Assembly: GCA_963703225.1 (NCBI GenBank)
Contig: OY969801.1
Coordinates: 2,112,001 to 2,176,000, forward strand
Direction: 5' to 3'
DNA: 64,000 nucleotides
From: Candidatus Eiseniibacteriota bacterium
GTDB taxonomy: Bacteria > Eisenbacteria > RBG-16-71-46 > SZUA-252
This document shows, one piece after another, positions 9,138 to 20,080 of the stretch; the first letter of the stretch is position 1, and each line of letters starts with the position of its first letter. The notes beneath the pieces are model-generated. The model ran no database searches, was not told where the DNA came from, and worked only from the letters and a program-made list of their open reading frames with translations. A program made the position numbers and the translations under genes.

Positions 9138-10376
9138 CTAGTCCATCTGCTTTCTCATGAACGCGGGCACGTCCATGTTCTCCTTCGTGATGCCGCGCCC
9201 GCCGAAGGGCCGGCGCGCCGTGCCCGGCGTCATCCGAAACGCGGGCTTGGTCGCGGGCACCGGTCCCGGCGCCTCCTCCATATCGTTCTCCTCGGCGAGC
9301 GCCGGCCGCACCATGATCGGGGGACGGACCACGCGCTCCCTCGGCTCGATCTCGTAGATTCTCGGCGCCTGGATGGCCGTCCGGGCCGCGTCGGTCGTCT
9401 TGGCGCGGGCGTCGCCCTTCCCGAATCCGGTCGCGATGACCGTGATCGAGAGTGCATCGCCCATCGCTTCGTCGATCACGGCGCCGAAGATGACGTTCGC
9501 GTCGTGCCCCGCGGCGTCCACCACGACCGTCACCGCTTCGTTGATCTCGTGGAGCGTCATCGATTCCCCACCCGTGACGTTGACCAGGAGCGCCTCGGCC
9601 CCCGAGATCGAGACGTCGTCCAGGAGCGGGCTCGAGACCGCCGACTGGGCCGCTTCGTAGGCTCGGTTGGGACCGGTCGCGTGGCCGGCTCCCATCAGGG
9701 CGTTCCCGCGCTCGGCCATCACCGTCTTCACGTCCGCGAAGTCCAGGTTCACCAGGCCGGGCACCGTGATCAGATCCGAGATTCCCTTCGTCGCGTGGTG
9801 GAGCACCTGGTCGGCCACCCGGAAGGCCTCGCGGAGCGGCGTGTGCTTCTCCACGATCGCCAAGAGCCGCTGGTTCGGAATGCCGATGAGCGTGTCGACC
9901 TTCTCACGAAGCTCGCGGAGCCCCTCCTCGGCGATCTGCATCCTCCTTCGCCCCTCGAACTCGAAGGGACGGGTGACCACCGCCACCGTCAACGCGCCGA
10001 TCGACCGCGCGATGCGCGCGACGACCGGGGCCGCCCCGGTCCCCGTGCCGCCGCCCATTCCGGCCGTCACGAAGACCATGTCGGCGCCCTCGAGCATCTC
10101 CGCGATGAGGGCCTCGTCCTCCTCCGCCGCCTCGCGTCCCACCCCCGGATTGGCGCCCGATCCCAGCCCCTTGGTGATCCCGGAGCCGAGCTGCAGCTTC
10201 TTGGGGCAGAGCGACTGGTCCAGCACCTGGGAGTCCGTGTTCGCAGCGATGAACTCGACGCCTCTGAGTCCGGCCTCGATCATCCGGTTGACCGCGTTTC
10301 CTCCCGCTCCTCCGACGCCGATCACCTTGATCGATGCCGACGTCACTTCCTGTCCGTCGTCCACCAGCTCGAACAT
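9138..10376 (-). CDS. ftsZ: Cell division protein FtsZ
   Basis: [20 protein letters not shown] tubulin signature, NLDFAD, C-terminal DVPAFMRK. Confidence 0.99.
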   Translation of the reverse strand: MFELVDDGQEVTSASIKVIGVGGAGGNAVNRMIEAGLRGVEFIAANTDSQVLDQSLCPKKLQLGSGITKGLGSGANPGVGREAAEEDEALIAEMLEGADMVFVTAGMGGGTGTGAAPVVARIARSIGALTVAVVTRPFEFEGRRRMQIAEEGLRELREKVDTLIGIPNQRLLAIVEKHTPLREAFRVADQVLHHATKGISDLITVPGLVNLDFADVKTVMAERGNALMGAGHATGPNRAYEAAQSAVSSPLLDDVSISGAEALLVNVTGGESMTLHEINEAVTVVVDAAGHDANVIFGAVIDEAMGDALSITVIATGFGKGDARAKTTDAARTAIQAPRIYEIEPRERVVRPPIMVRPALAEENDMEEAPGPVPATKPAFRMTPGTARRPFGGRGITKENMDVPAFMRKQMD

Positions 10377-10408
10377 GCGACTCTAGCCTCCCTGGTTTTG
10401 CGCCGGTT

Positions 10409-11638
10409 CTAGACCAGCTCCTCAATCCAACGCCTCAGACCCACCGAGATCCGACCGATCATGCCCCCATCCCTCTCCCGCGGCCTGGCGTCGTGCTGAT
10501 GCGCGTGCATCGCCAGGCCGACTCCGGTCGCGAACCGGGGGTTGGAAACCGCCTCCGTCAATCCGCTGAATCCCATCGGCACGCCGCGCCGCACCGGCAG
10601 ATCGAAGATCTGCTCCGCCAGCTCGGGCATCCCCTGCAAGGAGGACGCGCCCCCCGTCAAGACCACGCCGGCGCCGAGCAGATCCGCCACGTGGTTCTTT
10701 CGCACTTCCTTGTTCGCGTGGGCGAAGATCTCCTCCACGCGAGGCTCGATCATCATGGCCAGCATGTGCCGCGAGATGTCGCGGTCGGCCCTTCCACCGA
10801 CGCTCGGCACCCGAATGGTCTCCTCCGGGCGCACCATCGACGTCAGCGCGCACCCGTAGGAGAGCTTGAGCGCCTCCGCCCGCTCGACCGGCGTGCGAAG
10901 CCCGATGGCCAGGTCGTTGGTCACGTTCGAGCCTCCGAGCCCGATGACGGCCGTGTGCCTCACCGCCCCCTCGAAGAAGACCGCGACGTCGGTCGTCCCG
11001 CCCCCGATGTCGAGGAGCGCCACGCCCAGATCGCGCTCGTCCTGAGTGAGCACGGCGTTCGCCGAGGCCAGCGGCTCGAGGACCAATTCCTCGACCTCCA
11101 ACCCGGCCCGCTCGGCGGCGCGAATCAGGTTCCGGCAGGCGGCCGCGGCTCCCGTGATGATGTGGACCTCGGCCTCGAGGCGGACGCCCGACATGCCCAC
11201 CGGATCGCGGATCCCGTCCTGGTCGTCCACGATGTACTCTTGGGGCAGGACATGGAGGATTTCCCGATCGGTGGGGATGGCCACGGCCTTGGCCGCCTCG
11301 ATGACCCGGGCCACGTCGCCCGCGCGTATCTCCGCGTCCTTCCGCGCCACCGCGATGACCCCGCGGCTGTTGATGCCGCGAATGTGGTCCCCCGCGATCC
11401 CCGCGTAGACGCCCCGGATCGAGCGGCCCGACATCCGCTCCGCCTCCTCGACGGCGTGCTGGATCGACCGGACCGTCCGCTCCAGATTGACCACGACGCC
11501 GCGCTTCAGCCCGTCCGAGGGCGCGGTCCCGATACCCAGAATCTGGATCCCGTCGTCCGTCTCGGACGGCTCCGCGATGACCGCGGTGATCTTGGTGGTG
11601 CCGATGTCGAGACCCGCGTAGATCCTCCCTTCCGCCAT
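10409..11638 (-). CDS. ftsA: Cell division protein FtsA
   Basis: GLDIGTTK, LDIGGGTTD, VLTGGAS, C-terminal amphipathic helix. Confidence 0.98.
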   Translation of the reverse strand: MAEGRIYAGLDIGTTKITAVIAEPSETDDGIQILGIGTAPSDGLKRGVVVNLERTVRSIQHAVEEAERMSGRSIRGVYAGIAGDHIRGINSRGVIAVARKDAEIRAGDVARVIEAAKAVAIPTDREILHVLPQEYIVDDQDGIRDPVGMSGVRLEAEVHIITGAAAACRNLIRAAERAGLEVEELVLEPLASANAVLTQDERDLGVALLDIGGGTTDVAVFFEGAVRHTAVIGLGGSNVTNDLAIGLRTPVERAEALKLSYGCALTSMVRPEETIRVPSVGGRADRDISRHMLAMMIEPRVEEIFAHANKEVRKNHVADLLGAGVVLTGGASSLQGMPELAEQIFDLPVRRGVPMGFSGLTEAVSNPRFATGVGLAMHAHQHDARPRERDGGMIGRISVGLRRWIEELV

Positions 11639-11650
11639 TCCGGCCCTCCC

Positions 11651-12485
11651 CTAAGCCCGTTCGCGCGGTGTCGCCGACGCCGACGCTGTCGCCGGGCGCG
11701 CACCGGACCACGACTTGACCGCGATACCGTGTATCCATCGACAGGACGCGACGCTCCCGCTCCCGCACGTCGCGGAGCGTCGCGCTCAAGGCTCGCATGG
11801 CCGCCAGCGTGACCCGCTCGGGGTCGACGTAGATCGGAATCTGCTCGCGCGATGTGCGCAGCACGGCTCGATTCGAATCCTCCGAGACGATCTCGGAGAT
11901 GTCCGCGATGAGCCCAACCTCGGGTGATTCCAGATACGAGACAAGGCGGAGCACGTCGCCGAGCCGCGCGCCCGTCACCCGCGCGCCGGGCTTGACCGTC
12001 GGGAAGGAAATACCGGAGAGCACCGGCCGGTCGGCCACGAGGCCCCGCTGGAGCGGCGAGAGAATGGTTCCGCCCTCGTCCACTTCCAGAAGTGTTCCCG
12101 CGTTCACGAGGAGGAAGGTCCTCCGCTCGCGGATCTCCACGTGGAGGCGCCCCATCGTCCGGGATACGCGCGCTCCCTCGATGCGGGGATGGCGGCGGAG
12201 CTCCGACTCAATCTCCCGGGGATGGAGCGCGAGCAGGTTCTCGCCCTCCCGAACCGGGATGAGCGCGCGGACCTCCTCGGGGGAGAGATAGAGGAATCCC
12301 GTGACTTCGATTCCACCCACTTGAAAGGGCGGAAACGCTCCGAGGACCCGCGTCACCGGGCGCGCGAGGACCGGGATCGAGAGCGCGACCAGGGTCACCA
12401 TCAGCGCGGCGGCCGCGATCCGCCGGTTCCGACGGCGGAGCGCGGGGCGCTTCCAGGTGGGGAGACCTCGATAGCCCGCTCTCAT
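11651..12485 (-). CDS. ftsQ: Cell division protein FtsQ/DivIB; 3' end uncertain (probable indel near the stop)
   Basis: N-terminal TM, POTRA (IEVTG...GENLL...HPRIEGARVSR...IRER), DTRY; the frame misses the TAG near 11651 and runs on through ftsA as junk. Confidence 0.85.
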
Positions 12486-13849
12486 CGGTCCCCCCTTCGC
12501 GCCAGCTCGCCGACGCGGTAGACGTCGCCCGCCCCGATCGTCACGAGGAGATCGGACTTCTTCAAGATCTTGCCCACCAGGCAGGCGGCCTCGTCGAACG
12601 TCGCCGCGAGGTGGACCCGGGGCCCGCCCGCTGTCTCGATGGCCGCGGCCAAGGACGCCGAGGTCACGCCCTCGATCGGCCGCTCCCCGGCCGGGTAGAT
12701 GGGAAGCAGGATGACTTCATCGGCGCCTTGGAAGCAGGTCGCGAACCGACCCAAGAGCGCGCGCGTTCTCGTGTATCGATGGGGCTGAAAGACGGCGACG
12801 ATGCGCCGCGCGTGAGATGCCCGGAGCGCGGAAAGCGCGGCCTCGATCTCCGTCGGGTGATGCCCGTAGTCGTCGATCCAGGGCGCCCCCGCGACCTCGC
12901 CGCGGAGCTCGAGTCGGCGTCCGACACCCGCGAAATCGGCGAGCCCCGCGCGGATGGTCGCGAACGGGATGCCCAGCTCCCACGACGCGGCGGCCGCGGC
13001 GAGCGCGTTTCTGGCGTTGTGGGCGCCGGCGACTTTGAGCTCGATGAGCCCTTCGTCCTTGCCGTGGGCGACCAGGCCGAACCGGACGCCGGTCTCGTCG
13101 ACGCGGAGGTCCGTTCCCACGAAGTCGGCCGCGCCGGAGAATCCATACGTGAGCACGCGGCGCTTCACGTCGTTGCGGATGGCGGCGGCATTCGGGTCGT
13201 CGGCGGGAAGCACGACGGTCCCGTAGAACGGGACCCGGTTGGCGAAACGGAGGAATGCCGCCCGGATCTCCGCGAGGCTCGCGTAGTAGTCGAGGTGCTC
13301 TTCGTCGATGTTCGTGATGACCGCGATGGTCGGCGAGAGGAGCAGAAACGAGCCGTCGCTCTCGTCGGCCTCGGCCACCAGGAAGGGCCCACGGCCCAGG
13401 CGCGCGTGGGCGCCGACCGCTTTGAGGCGCCCCCCGACGATGACGGTCGGATCCAGGTCGCCCCGCGCGAGGATCTCCCCCACCATCGATGTCGTCGTGG
13501 TCTTTCCATGCGCCCCGGCGACCGCGACCGAGTACTTGATCCGCATCAACTCGGCGAGCATCTCCGCGCGGGGAATCACGGGAATCCCCAGCGCGTGCGC
13601 CCGCACGAGCTCCGGGTTCGACTCCACGATGGCGGAGGAGGCAACGACCACATCCACCCCCTCGACGTGGCCGGGATCGTGGGTGTCGGCGACCCGGGCG
13701 CCGAGGTCCCGAAGCCGTGTCACCACGTCGGAACCCTTGATGTCGGAGCCGGAAACTTCATACCCGAGATTCAGGAGCACCTCCGCAATTCCGCTCATTC
13801 CGCTGCCGCCGATTCCCACCAGATGGATCTTCCGGATTCGTCCGTACAT
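12482..13849 (-). CDS. murC: UDP-N-acetylmuramate--L-alanine ligase
   Basis: GIGGSGMS, GAHGKTTT, EADESD, DDYGHHPTE, FQPHRY. Confidence 0.98.
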   Translation of the reverse strand: MYGRIRKIHLVGIGGSGMSGIAEVLLNLGYEVSGSDIKGSDVVTRLRDLGARVADTHDPGHVEGVDVVVASSAIVESNPELVRAHALGIPVIPRAEMLAELMRIKYSVAVAGAHGKTTTTSMVGEILARGDLDPTVIVGGRLKAVGAHARLGRGPFLVAEADESDGSFLLLSPTIAVITNIDEEHLDYYASLAEIRAAFLRFANRVPFYGTVVLPADDPNAAAIRNDVKRRVLTYGFSGAADFVGTDLRVDETGVRFGLVAHGKDEGLIELKVAGAHNARNALAAAAASWELGIPFATIRAGLADFAGVGRRLELRGEVAGAPWIDDYGHHPTEIEAALSALRASHARRIVAVFQPHRYTRTRALLGRFATCFQGADEVILLPIYPAGERPIEGVTSASLAAAIETAGGPRVHLAATFDEAACLVGKILKKSDLLVTIGAGDVYRVGELARRGDR

Positions 13850-13855
13850 TCCCGC

Positions 13856-14992
13856 TCAGGACTCGGTGTCACGGGCCGAGACCCCCACCAGCTCCTCGAT
13901 CGATCGGACGATCCGCTCCGCGGCGTTGGTGCGCGAAAACGCCCGCGCGTTTCGCCCCATCCGGCGAAGCCGCTGCTCGTCCCGGAACAGCGCCTCGATG
14001 TGCGCCGCCAATCCTTCGGGCTCGAGCTCCTTGTCGGCGATCATCTCGGCCGCGCCGCGATCGACGAGCCCCCGCGCGTTCAGCGTCTGGTGGTCCCGCG
14101 CGGCGTGCGGATACGGGATGAGGATCGCCGGCACCCCGCACGCCGTGAGCTCGGTGATGGTCATCGCCCCGGAGCGGCAGACCGCGAGGTCGGCGACGGC
14201 ATACGCCTTCTCCATCTGATCCAGGTAGGCGAAGACCCGAACGGGAATCGAGACTCCGCCGGCCGCGGCTTGGCTCGATTCGAAGTCCTCCGCGCCCGTC
14301 TGCCAGGCGATCTGAATGTTTGGAATCCGGGCCAGCCGCGGGAGCGCCGCTTGAATGGCGCGATTGATGCTTCCCGCGCCGCGGCTTCCGCCGAAAACCA
14401 GGAGCGTGCGCCGGCTGGAATCGAGGCCGAGCGTCTCGTAGGCGCTCAACCGATCCTGTCGCAGGAGCGAGCTTCGAATGGGATTTCCCGACACCTTCAA
14501 GTTGTTCCTTCGGCGAAAGTAGTTGCGCGACTCGACAAAACTGATGTGCACCTGGCTCGCGATCAGGCTGAGCCACCGGTTCACGGCGCCTGGCACCGAG
14601 TTCTGCTCCTGGAGCACCAGCGGGATGCTCAGGAGCCGGGCCCAGAGGCCCACGGGGCCGCTGACGAAGCCGCCCGTCGCGATCACCGCGTCGGGCTTCA
14701 CCTCCTTGATGATTCCCGCGACCTGGAAAAAGCTCTTCCCGAACGCCCAGAGCGCGCTCAGCTGTCCCACCCCCGGGCGCCGCGGAAACCCGCGGGCGTC
14801 GATCGCCCGAAAGGCGAATCCGGCCGCCGGAACCGCCTTGGCCTCCACCCCCCGCTCGGTCCCGACAAAGGTCACCGAGGAATCGGGGTGGAGCCGCATC
14901 CACTCCTCGGCGATCGCGATCCCCGGATAGACATGACCCCCGGTCCCGCCCGCGGCGATCAAGAGGCGAATCGGATAGGCCCTAGCGGCCAC
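13856..14992 (-). CDS. murG: Undecaprenyldiphospho-muramoylpentapeptide GlcNAc transferase
   Basis: GGTGGHVYP, EQN, GNPIR, GGSRGA, HQTLNA. Confidence 0.97.
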   Translation of the reverse strand: MAARAYPIRLLIAAGGTGGHVYPGIAIAEEWMRLHPDSSVTFVGTERGVEAKAVPAAGFAFRAIDARGFPRRPGVGQLSALWAFGKSFFQVAGIIKEVKPDAVIATGGFVSGPVGLWARLLSIPLVLQEQNSVPGAVNRWLSLIASQVHISFVESRNYFRRRNNLKVSGNPIRSSLLRQDRLSAYETLGLDSSRRTLLVFGGSRGAGSINRAIQAALPRLARIPNIQIAWQTGAEDFESSQAAAGGVSIPVRVFAYLDQMEKAYAVADLAVCRSGAMTITELTACGVPAILIPYPHAARDHQTLNARGLVDRGAAEMIADKELEPEGLAAHIEALFRDEQRLRRMGRNARAFSRTNAAERIVRSIEELVGVSARDTES

Positions 14993-16157
14993 CCGCACGC
15001 CGGACCGCGGCCTTACCGACGACCGAGGTGGTTCGAATGCCGGTTTCCATCTGACTTGAGATGTTGAGGAGGACACCTGTCACCCCCAGGTTCACGACGA
15101 GGGCAGAGCCCCCGTAGCTCAAAAACGGAAGCGGTAGGCCCGTCGTGGGGATCACGCCGGTCACGACCGCGATGTTCATGGCGACGTAGACCGAGAGGTT
15201 GACCGTCAACCCCGCGGCGAGGAGATAGCCGAAACGGTCCGGTGCGGAGCCCGCGATCTTGAGCCCGCGCAGGAAGAGGACCAGGTAGGCGAGCAGGACC
15301 GCGCCCGTCCCGATCAAACCGAGCTCTTCCCCGATCACCGCGAAGATGAAGTCGGTGTGCGGGTCTGGCAGAAAGAAGACCTTCTGGAGGCCGTGTCCCG
15401 GCCCCGTGCCGAAGATGCCGCCCGAGCCGAGCGCGATGATCGACTGCGAGAGCTGCCAGTTCTTTCCGAGAACGTCGAAGGAACCGCTCCCCCAGAGGCT
15501 GAGCCAGGCGACCACGCGATCCATCATGTAGGGATGGCGCAGCACCTGGACCCAGGCCACGAGAATCCCGATCAGCGCGAGCAGTCCGAGGTGGCGGAAG
15601 CGTGCCCCCGACAGGTGGAGCATCACGAAGCCTGTGGCCAGGAGCGCGATCGTGCTCCCGAGGTTCGGTTGAAGCAGGATCAGGATCGAGAGGATCCCCA
15701 AGACCCCGCAGGCCGGGAGCACCCCGTCCCGGAAGGAAGCCATCCGCTCGCCCTTCCGGTCGAGGAGCCGCGCCAGGTACGCGACGCACGCGATCCGGGC
15801 GATCTCGGTCGGCTGGACGTTGATGGTCGCCAGGGAGAGCCACCGGTTCGCACCCCGGATCCCGACGCCGCCCACGGCCAGGAGGGTCACGAGGAGCAGC
15901 ATGCTGGCCCCGAGCGCCCACGGCGCGAGCCGCATATAGATGTGGTAGTCGATCCGAGCCGCGAGGAGCAGAACGATGACGCCGATGCCGAGGCGGAAGG
16001 CGTGGCGCTTGAGGAAGAAGTACTCCGACTGGAACCGCTCCGCGCCGAGGAAGGCGCTCGACGAGTAGACCATCACCACCCCCAGCGCCACCAGGGCGGC
16101 GACCGGCAAGAGGAGGCTCAGGTCGGGCCGCCGGGATCTCGCGATCGCGAAGCTCAT
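14982..16157 (-). CDS. ftsW: SEDS peptidoglycan polymerase FtsW
   Basis: [48 protein letters not shown] overlaps the murD TGA. Confidence 0.95.
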   Translation of the reverse strand: MSFAIARSRRPDLSLLLPVAALVALGVVMVYSSSAFLGAERFQSEYFFLKRHAFRLGIGVIVLLLAARIDYHIYMRLAPWALGASMLLLVTLLAVGGVGIRGANRWLSLATINVQPTEIARIACVAYLARLLDRKGERMASFRDGVLPACGVLGILSILILLQPNLGSTIALLATGFVMLHLSGARFRHLGLLALIGILVAWVQVLRHPYMMDRVVAWLSLWGSGSFDVLGKNWQLSQSIIALGSGGIFGTGPGHGLQKVFFLPDPHTDFIFAVIGEELGLIGTGAVLLAYLVLFLRGLKIAGSAPDRFGYLLAAGLTVNLSVYVAMNIAVVTGVIPTTGLPLPFLSYGGSALVVNLGVTGVLLNISSQMETGIRTTSVVGKAAVRRAGGR

Positions 16158-17547
16158 CGCCTCACCTTGGCCAGCGACCGCTTGAGCTCGAGGACCGCGG
16201 CCTCGAATCTCGCGCCTCGCTCCTCGAAGTTTCGGAACATGTCGAAGCTCGCGCAGCCCGGGGAGAGAAGGACCACCCCGCCCGGCGACCGCCTGGGCCC
16301 GCGCCAAGAGGACGGCGTCCTCGAGCGTCTTGGCCCGCGACGACGGCACCTGCGGCCACGCCTGCTCGAGCTTGGACGTGGCCTCGCCGAGATAGACGGC
16401 GTGCCGAACCCGCTCGCGAACGAGGGGAGCGATCGAAGCAAAGTCGCCATCCTTGTCCCGCCCGCCCGCGATCAGAACGATCGGTCCTTCGAACGATTCG
16501 AGCGCGCGGCGAAGCGCGTCGACGTTGGTCGCCTTGGAATCGTTCACGTAGCGGACGCCGGCCAGCTCGGCGACCAGGGCCAGCCGGTGAGGGAGCCCCC
16601 GAAACTCGCGGAACGTCTTCGCGATCGCGCGCTCCGGCACGCCGGCGGCCAGCGCCGCGCCCGCCGCCGCGCACAAGTTCTCGGTATTGTGCGGCCCCTG
16701 GAGCAGCGCCTCGTCACGCCCGAGGATCGTCCCTTCCCGCGTGCCCAGCCGAAAGCGGAGGACGCCTTCCGATTCCCAAACCCCATCCCCGGTCGGATCG
16801 GCGAACCCAAACCAGAGCGGCCGCGAGCGCATCGGCTGAAGGAGGCGGGTGAGCCGGGGATCGCCCAGCGGCTGGACGCGAAAATCCTCCGCGGTCTGCG
16901 ATGCGAACATCCGCGCCTTGATTTCGGCGTAGCGCTCCAGGCTTCCGTGGCGGTCGAGGTGATCGGGGGTCACGTTGAGGATCACGCCGACGTGCGGCCG
17001 GAAGAGCGTGCAGGTCTCGAGCTGAAAGCTCGAAACCTCGACAATGAGCAGGCCGCCTTCCGGGACGGTGTCGGCACGCTCGGAGAGCGCGGTGCCAATA
17101 TTGCCCAGCACCTCCGTCTTTCGCCCCGCGTTCCGCCCGATCGCGCCGAGAAGCTCCACCGTCGTGCTCTTCCCGTTGGTGCCGGTCACGGCGATGATCG
17201 GCGCTCGAGCCACCGCGAACCCCAGCTCGATCTCCGGCGCGATCTGGATCCCGCGCCGCGTCGCTTCCTGGAAGAGCGGCAGGTCGGCCGGCACGCCGGG
17301 ACTCGCTGATCACCAGGTCGCACCCCTCGAGCGCGGCGGGGTCCATCGTTCCGTAGAGAATTTCGATCCCCTGCCGTTCCAGCTCCGCGGTGTCCCCCGC
17401 GATCTCCTCCCGCTTGCGGCGGTCGATCGCGCGAACCGACGCGCCATATCGGAGCAGAAGCCGCGCCGCCGCCGAGCCGCTCCGGGCCACCCCCACGACG
17501 AGCGCGTGACGGCCGGCGAACCAGGGAGGGCTCTTGGTCTTGGTCAT
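16154..17547 (-). CDS. murD: UDP-N-acetylmuramoyl-L-alanine--D-glutamate ligase, with two +1 indels (~17307, ~16289)
   Basis: GVARSG, (S)[26 protein letters not shown] and [10 protein letters not shown] are spread over three frames. Confidence 0.93.
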
Positions 17548-18632
17548 TGGAGCTTGAGGGTGCTCAATCCGACCAGGGCGCAGAGCGCGGCGGCGATCCA
17601 GAAGCGGACCACCACCTGCGACTCCTTCCAGCCGGAGAGCTCGAAGTGATGGTGGAGCGGCGCCATTTTCAGCACCCGCGTCCCCCAGAGCTTGAACGAC
17701 AGAACCTGCGCCATCACCGAGAGCGCCTCGGCCACGAAGACGGCGCCGACGATCGCGAGCAGAAACTCGCGCTTGATCAGCACGGCGACGGTTCCAAGGG
17801 CGGCGCCGAGCGAAAGCGACCCCGTGTCGCCCATGAAGACGTCCGCGGGATGACAATTCCACCAGAGGAACCCGAGGGTCGCACCGATCACCGCGGCGCA
17901 AAAGACGGTCAGCTCACCGGTACCGGCGATGTACGGCACTTGGAGGTACTGGGAGAACTTCACGTGGCCGGTGATGTAGCACATGCCGCCGAGCGCGACC
18001 GCCGCGAAGGCCGTCATGCCGGCGGCCAGGCCGTCGAGGCCGTCCGCCAGATTCACGGCATTCGACGCCCCGGTGATGACCAGGGTCACGAACGGGAGAT
18101 AGAGCCATCCGAAATCGACGACCGTCCGCTTCAGAAACGGAATGTTCGTTTCGCCCGGGTCCAGGATTCCGTGTGCCGGGTAGAAGTAGACCGCCATGAA
18201 GACCCCAAGGCCCAAGAGGATCTGCCCGGCCAGCTTGTACCGGCCCAAGAGCCCCTTTCGGTAATGAAGCATCACGCGCAGGTAGTCGTCGATGAACCCG
18301 ACCGTGCCCATCCAGAGGGTGGCCGCCAGCGCGATCAGGACGTTCCGGTTGGTCAGATTGCCCCAAAGCAGGGTGGACGCCGCGATCGAGATCACGATGA
18401 GGACGCCGCCCATCGTCGGGGTCCCCGACTTGGGCAGGTGGCTTTTCGGGCCGTCGTCGCGCACCTTTTGCCCCACCTTCAACTCGCGCAGCTTGCGGAT
18501 CACCGGGCGCCCGAGGATCAGCGCGATGAGGAGCGCCGTGGTGAGCGCGTACGCGGAGCGAAAGGTGATATAGCGAAAGACATTGAACGGAGCGAAGTGC
18601 TCGTGAAGCGGATAGAGGAAGTGGTAGAACAT
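17544..18632 (-). CDS. mraY: Phospho-N-acetylmuramoyl-pentapeptide transferase
   Basis: KSGTPTMGG, GFIDD, NAVNLADGLDGL, FMGDTG, MAPLHHHFE. Confidence 0.98.
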   Translation of the reverse strand: MFYHFLYPLHEHFAPFNVFRYITFRSAYALTTALLIALILGRPVIRKLRELKVGQKVRDDGPKSHLPKSGTPTMGGVLIVISIAASTLLWGNLTNRNVLIALAATLWMGTVGFIDDYLRVMLHYRKGLLGRYKLAGQILLGLGVFMAVYFYPAHGILDPGETNIPFLKRTVVDFGWLYLPFVTLVITGASNAVNLADGLDGLAAGMTAFAAVALGGMCYITGHVKFSQYLQVPYIAGTGELTVFCAAVIGATLGFLWWNCHPADVFMGDTGSLSLGAALGTVAVLIKREFLLAIVGAVFVAEALSVMAQVLSFKLWGTRVLKMAPLHHHFELSGWKESQVVVRFWIAAALCALVGLSTLKLQ

Positions 18633-20080
18633 CAGTCCCTCCCCGCCGCCGCGAGGACGTCGGGCGCCCCGGCCGATCCCGGAGCCAGCGCTTCGACCAC
18701 GCGCTCGAGGCGCATTCCCCGCGAGCCCTTCACCAAGACCAGATCGCCGCGCTTCGCGTCCACCGAAACAGCGACCACCATCGCAGGCACGTCCTCGAAC
18801 CGGCGGACCCGCGCTTCGGGGAGGCCGGCTTCCCGGGCGCCGCGCTCGACCGCCTTCGCGTGGGCCCCCGCCACGTAGAGCCACGCGTCACGCGGAATCA
18901 AGCGCCCCATTTCCTCGTGCAGCGCCTCCGCGCCCGGCCCCAGCTCGAGCATGTCCGCGAGAACCGCGCGGCGCGCCCCTCGGACCTCCATGGAGCCGAG
19001 CAGCGAGAGCGCTTCGCGCATGGAGGCCGGATTCGCGTTGTAGGTGTCGTCCACGATCGAAACGCCCGGTTTCGACTCGATCAGCTCGAGTCGGTGGCGC
19101 GCCGGCTTGAGCGCGGCGAGCGCTGCCGCGGCGCGGTCGCGGGGAATCTGGAAGTGGTCGCCGACCAAGATCGCGGCGAGCGCGTTCCTCGCGTTGTGCC
19201 GGCCGAGCAAGGAAAGCGACACCACGGTTCCATCGGGGAGGGTGACGCGGGTTCCACCCGTCCCCGAGAGGACCACGCTCGTCGGTCTCAGGTCGGCTTC
19301 CGAATTCTCCAATGCATAGCTTCGGATGGGAATCGGGCGCGCCCGGTTGAGCGGCCAGAGCCGCTCGTCGTCCGCGTTCAAGACGAGGAGGCCGTCCGGC
19401 GGAATCGAGGCGGCGAGCTCGCTTTTCGCGCGGGCCACCTCGTCCACCGTCTTGAGCTGGGCCAGATGAGCCGCCGACGCGTTCGTCAGAACGCCGACGG
19501 TGGGGCGGCAGAGCTTGGTGAGGAACGTGATCTCCCCCGGCGCGCTCATGCCAAGCTCGATGACCAGCGCCTCGTGCTCGGGGCGAAGCCGGGTCAAGGT
19601 CAGCGGCACGCCGATGTGATTGTTCAGATTCCCCACGTTCTTGTGGACGCGGCGCGCCGTCGAAAGAACCGATGCGATCATCTCCTTGGTCGTCGTCTTT
19701 CCGTTCGAGCCGGTCACCGCGATCACGGGGATCGTGGCGCGATCCCGGGAGTGGCGCCCCAACGCCTGGAGCGCGGCCAGCGGATCCTTCACCTCGATCA
19801 CCGGCTTCCCCGTGCGCGGCCAGGCCCCCACCGCCGCTCGGCCCGCCTTCACGAGGCTCCCGCCGGCCTTCCCTTCCAGGGCCGCGGCGATGAAGTCGTG
19901 GCCGTCCGCCCTCGTGCCGGGCAGAGGGATGAAGAGCTCCCCGCCCTCGAGCGAGCGCGTGTCGATCGCGCATCCGGAGAAGAGAGGTCCGTTCGTCCCC
20001 GGCATCGGGTCCCAGAGACGCCCGCCGGTCACCTCCAGCACGTCGTGCAAGTTGAGCCAGGGGTTTGGGGCTCTAGTCAC
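18632..20080 (-). CDS. murF: UDP-MurNAc-tripeptide--D-Ala-D-Ala ligase
   Basis: TGSNGKTTTK, NLNNHIGVP, DDTYNANP, MLELG, KGSRG. Confidence 0.97.
   Translation of the reverse strand: MTRAPNPWLNLHDVLEVTGGRLWDPMPGTNGPLFSGCAIDTRSLEGGELFIPLPGTRADGHDFIAAALEGKAGGSLVKAGRAAVGAWPRTGKPVIEVKDPLAALQALGRHSRDRATIPVIAVTGSNGKTTTKEMIASVLSTARRVHKNVGNLNNHIGVPLTLTRLRPEHEALVIELGMSAPGEITFLTKLCRPTVGVLTNASAAHLAQLKTVDEVARAKSELAASIPPDGLLVLNADDERLWPLNRARPIPIRSYALENSEADLRPTSVVLSGTGGTRVTLPDGTVVSLSLLGRHNARNALAAILVGDHFQIPRDRAAAALAALKPARHRLELIESKPGVSIVDDTYNANPASMREALSLLGSMEVRGARRAVLADMLELGPGAEALHEEMGRLIPRDAWLYVAGAHAKAVERGAREAGLPEARVRRFEDVPAMVVAVSVDAKRGDLVLVKGSRGMRLERVVEALAPGSAGAPDVLAAAGRD

Noticed and set aside
10422..12485. 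687-aa FtsQ overlapping all of ftsA
   Set aside because: Sequence after ~11655 is Arg/Gly-rich off-frame translation of ftsA; the stop was probably lost to an indel
14982..17294. Apparent 770-aa MurD-FtsW fusion
   Set aside because: An extra G near 16289 shifts murD into the ftsW frame; the true MurD C-terminus ([10 protein letters not shown]) and an ATGA stop/start overlap are present in the other frame
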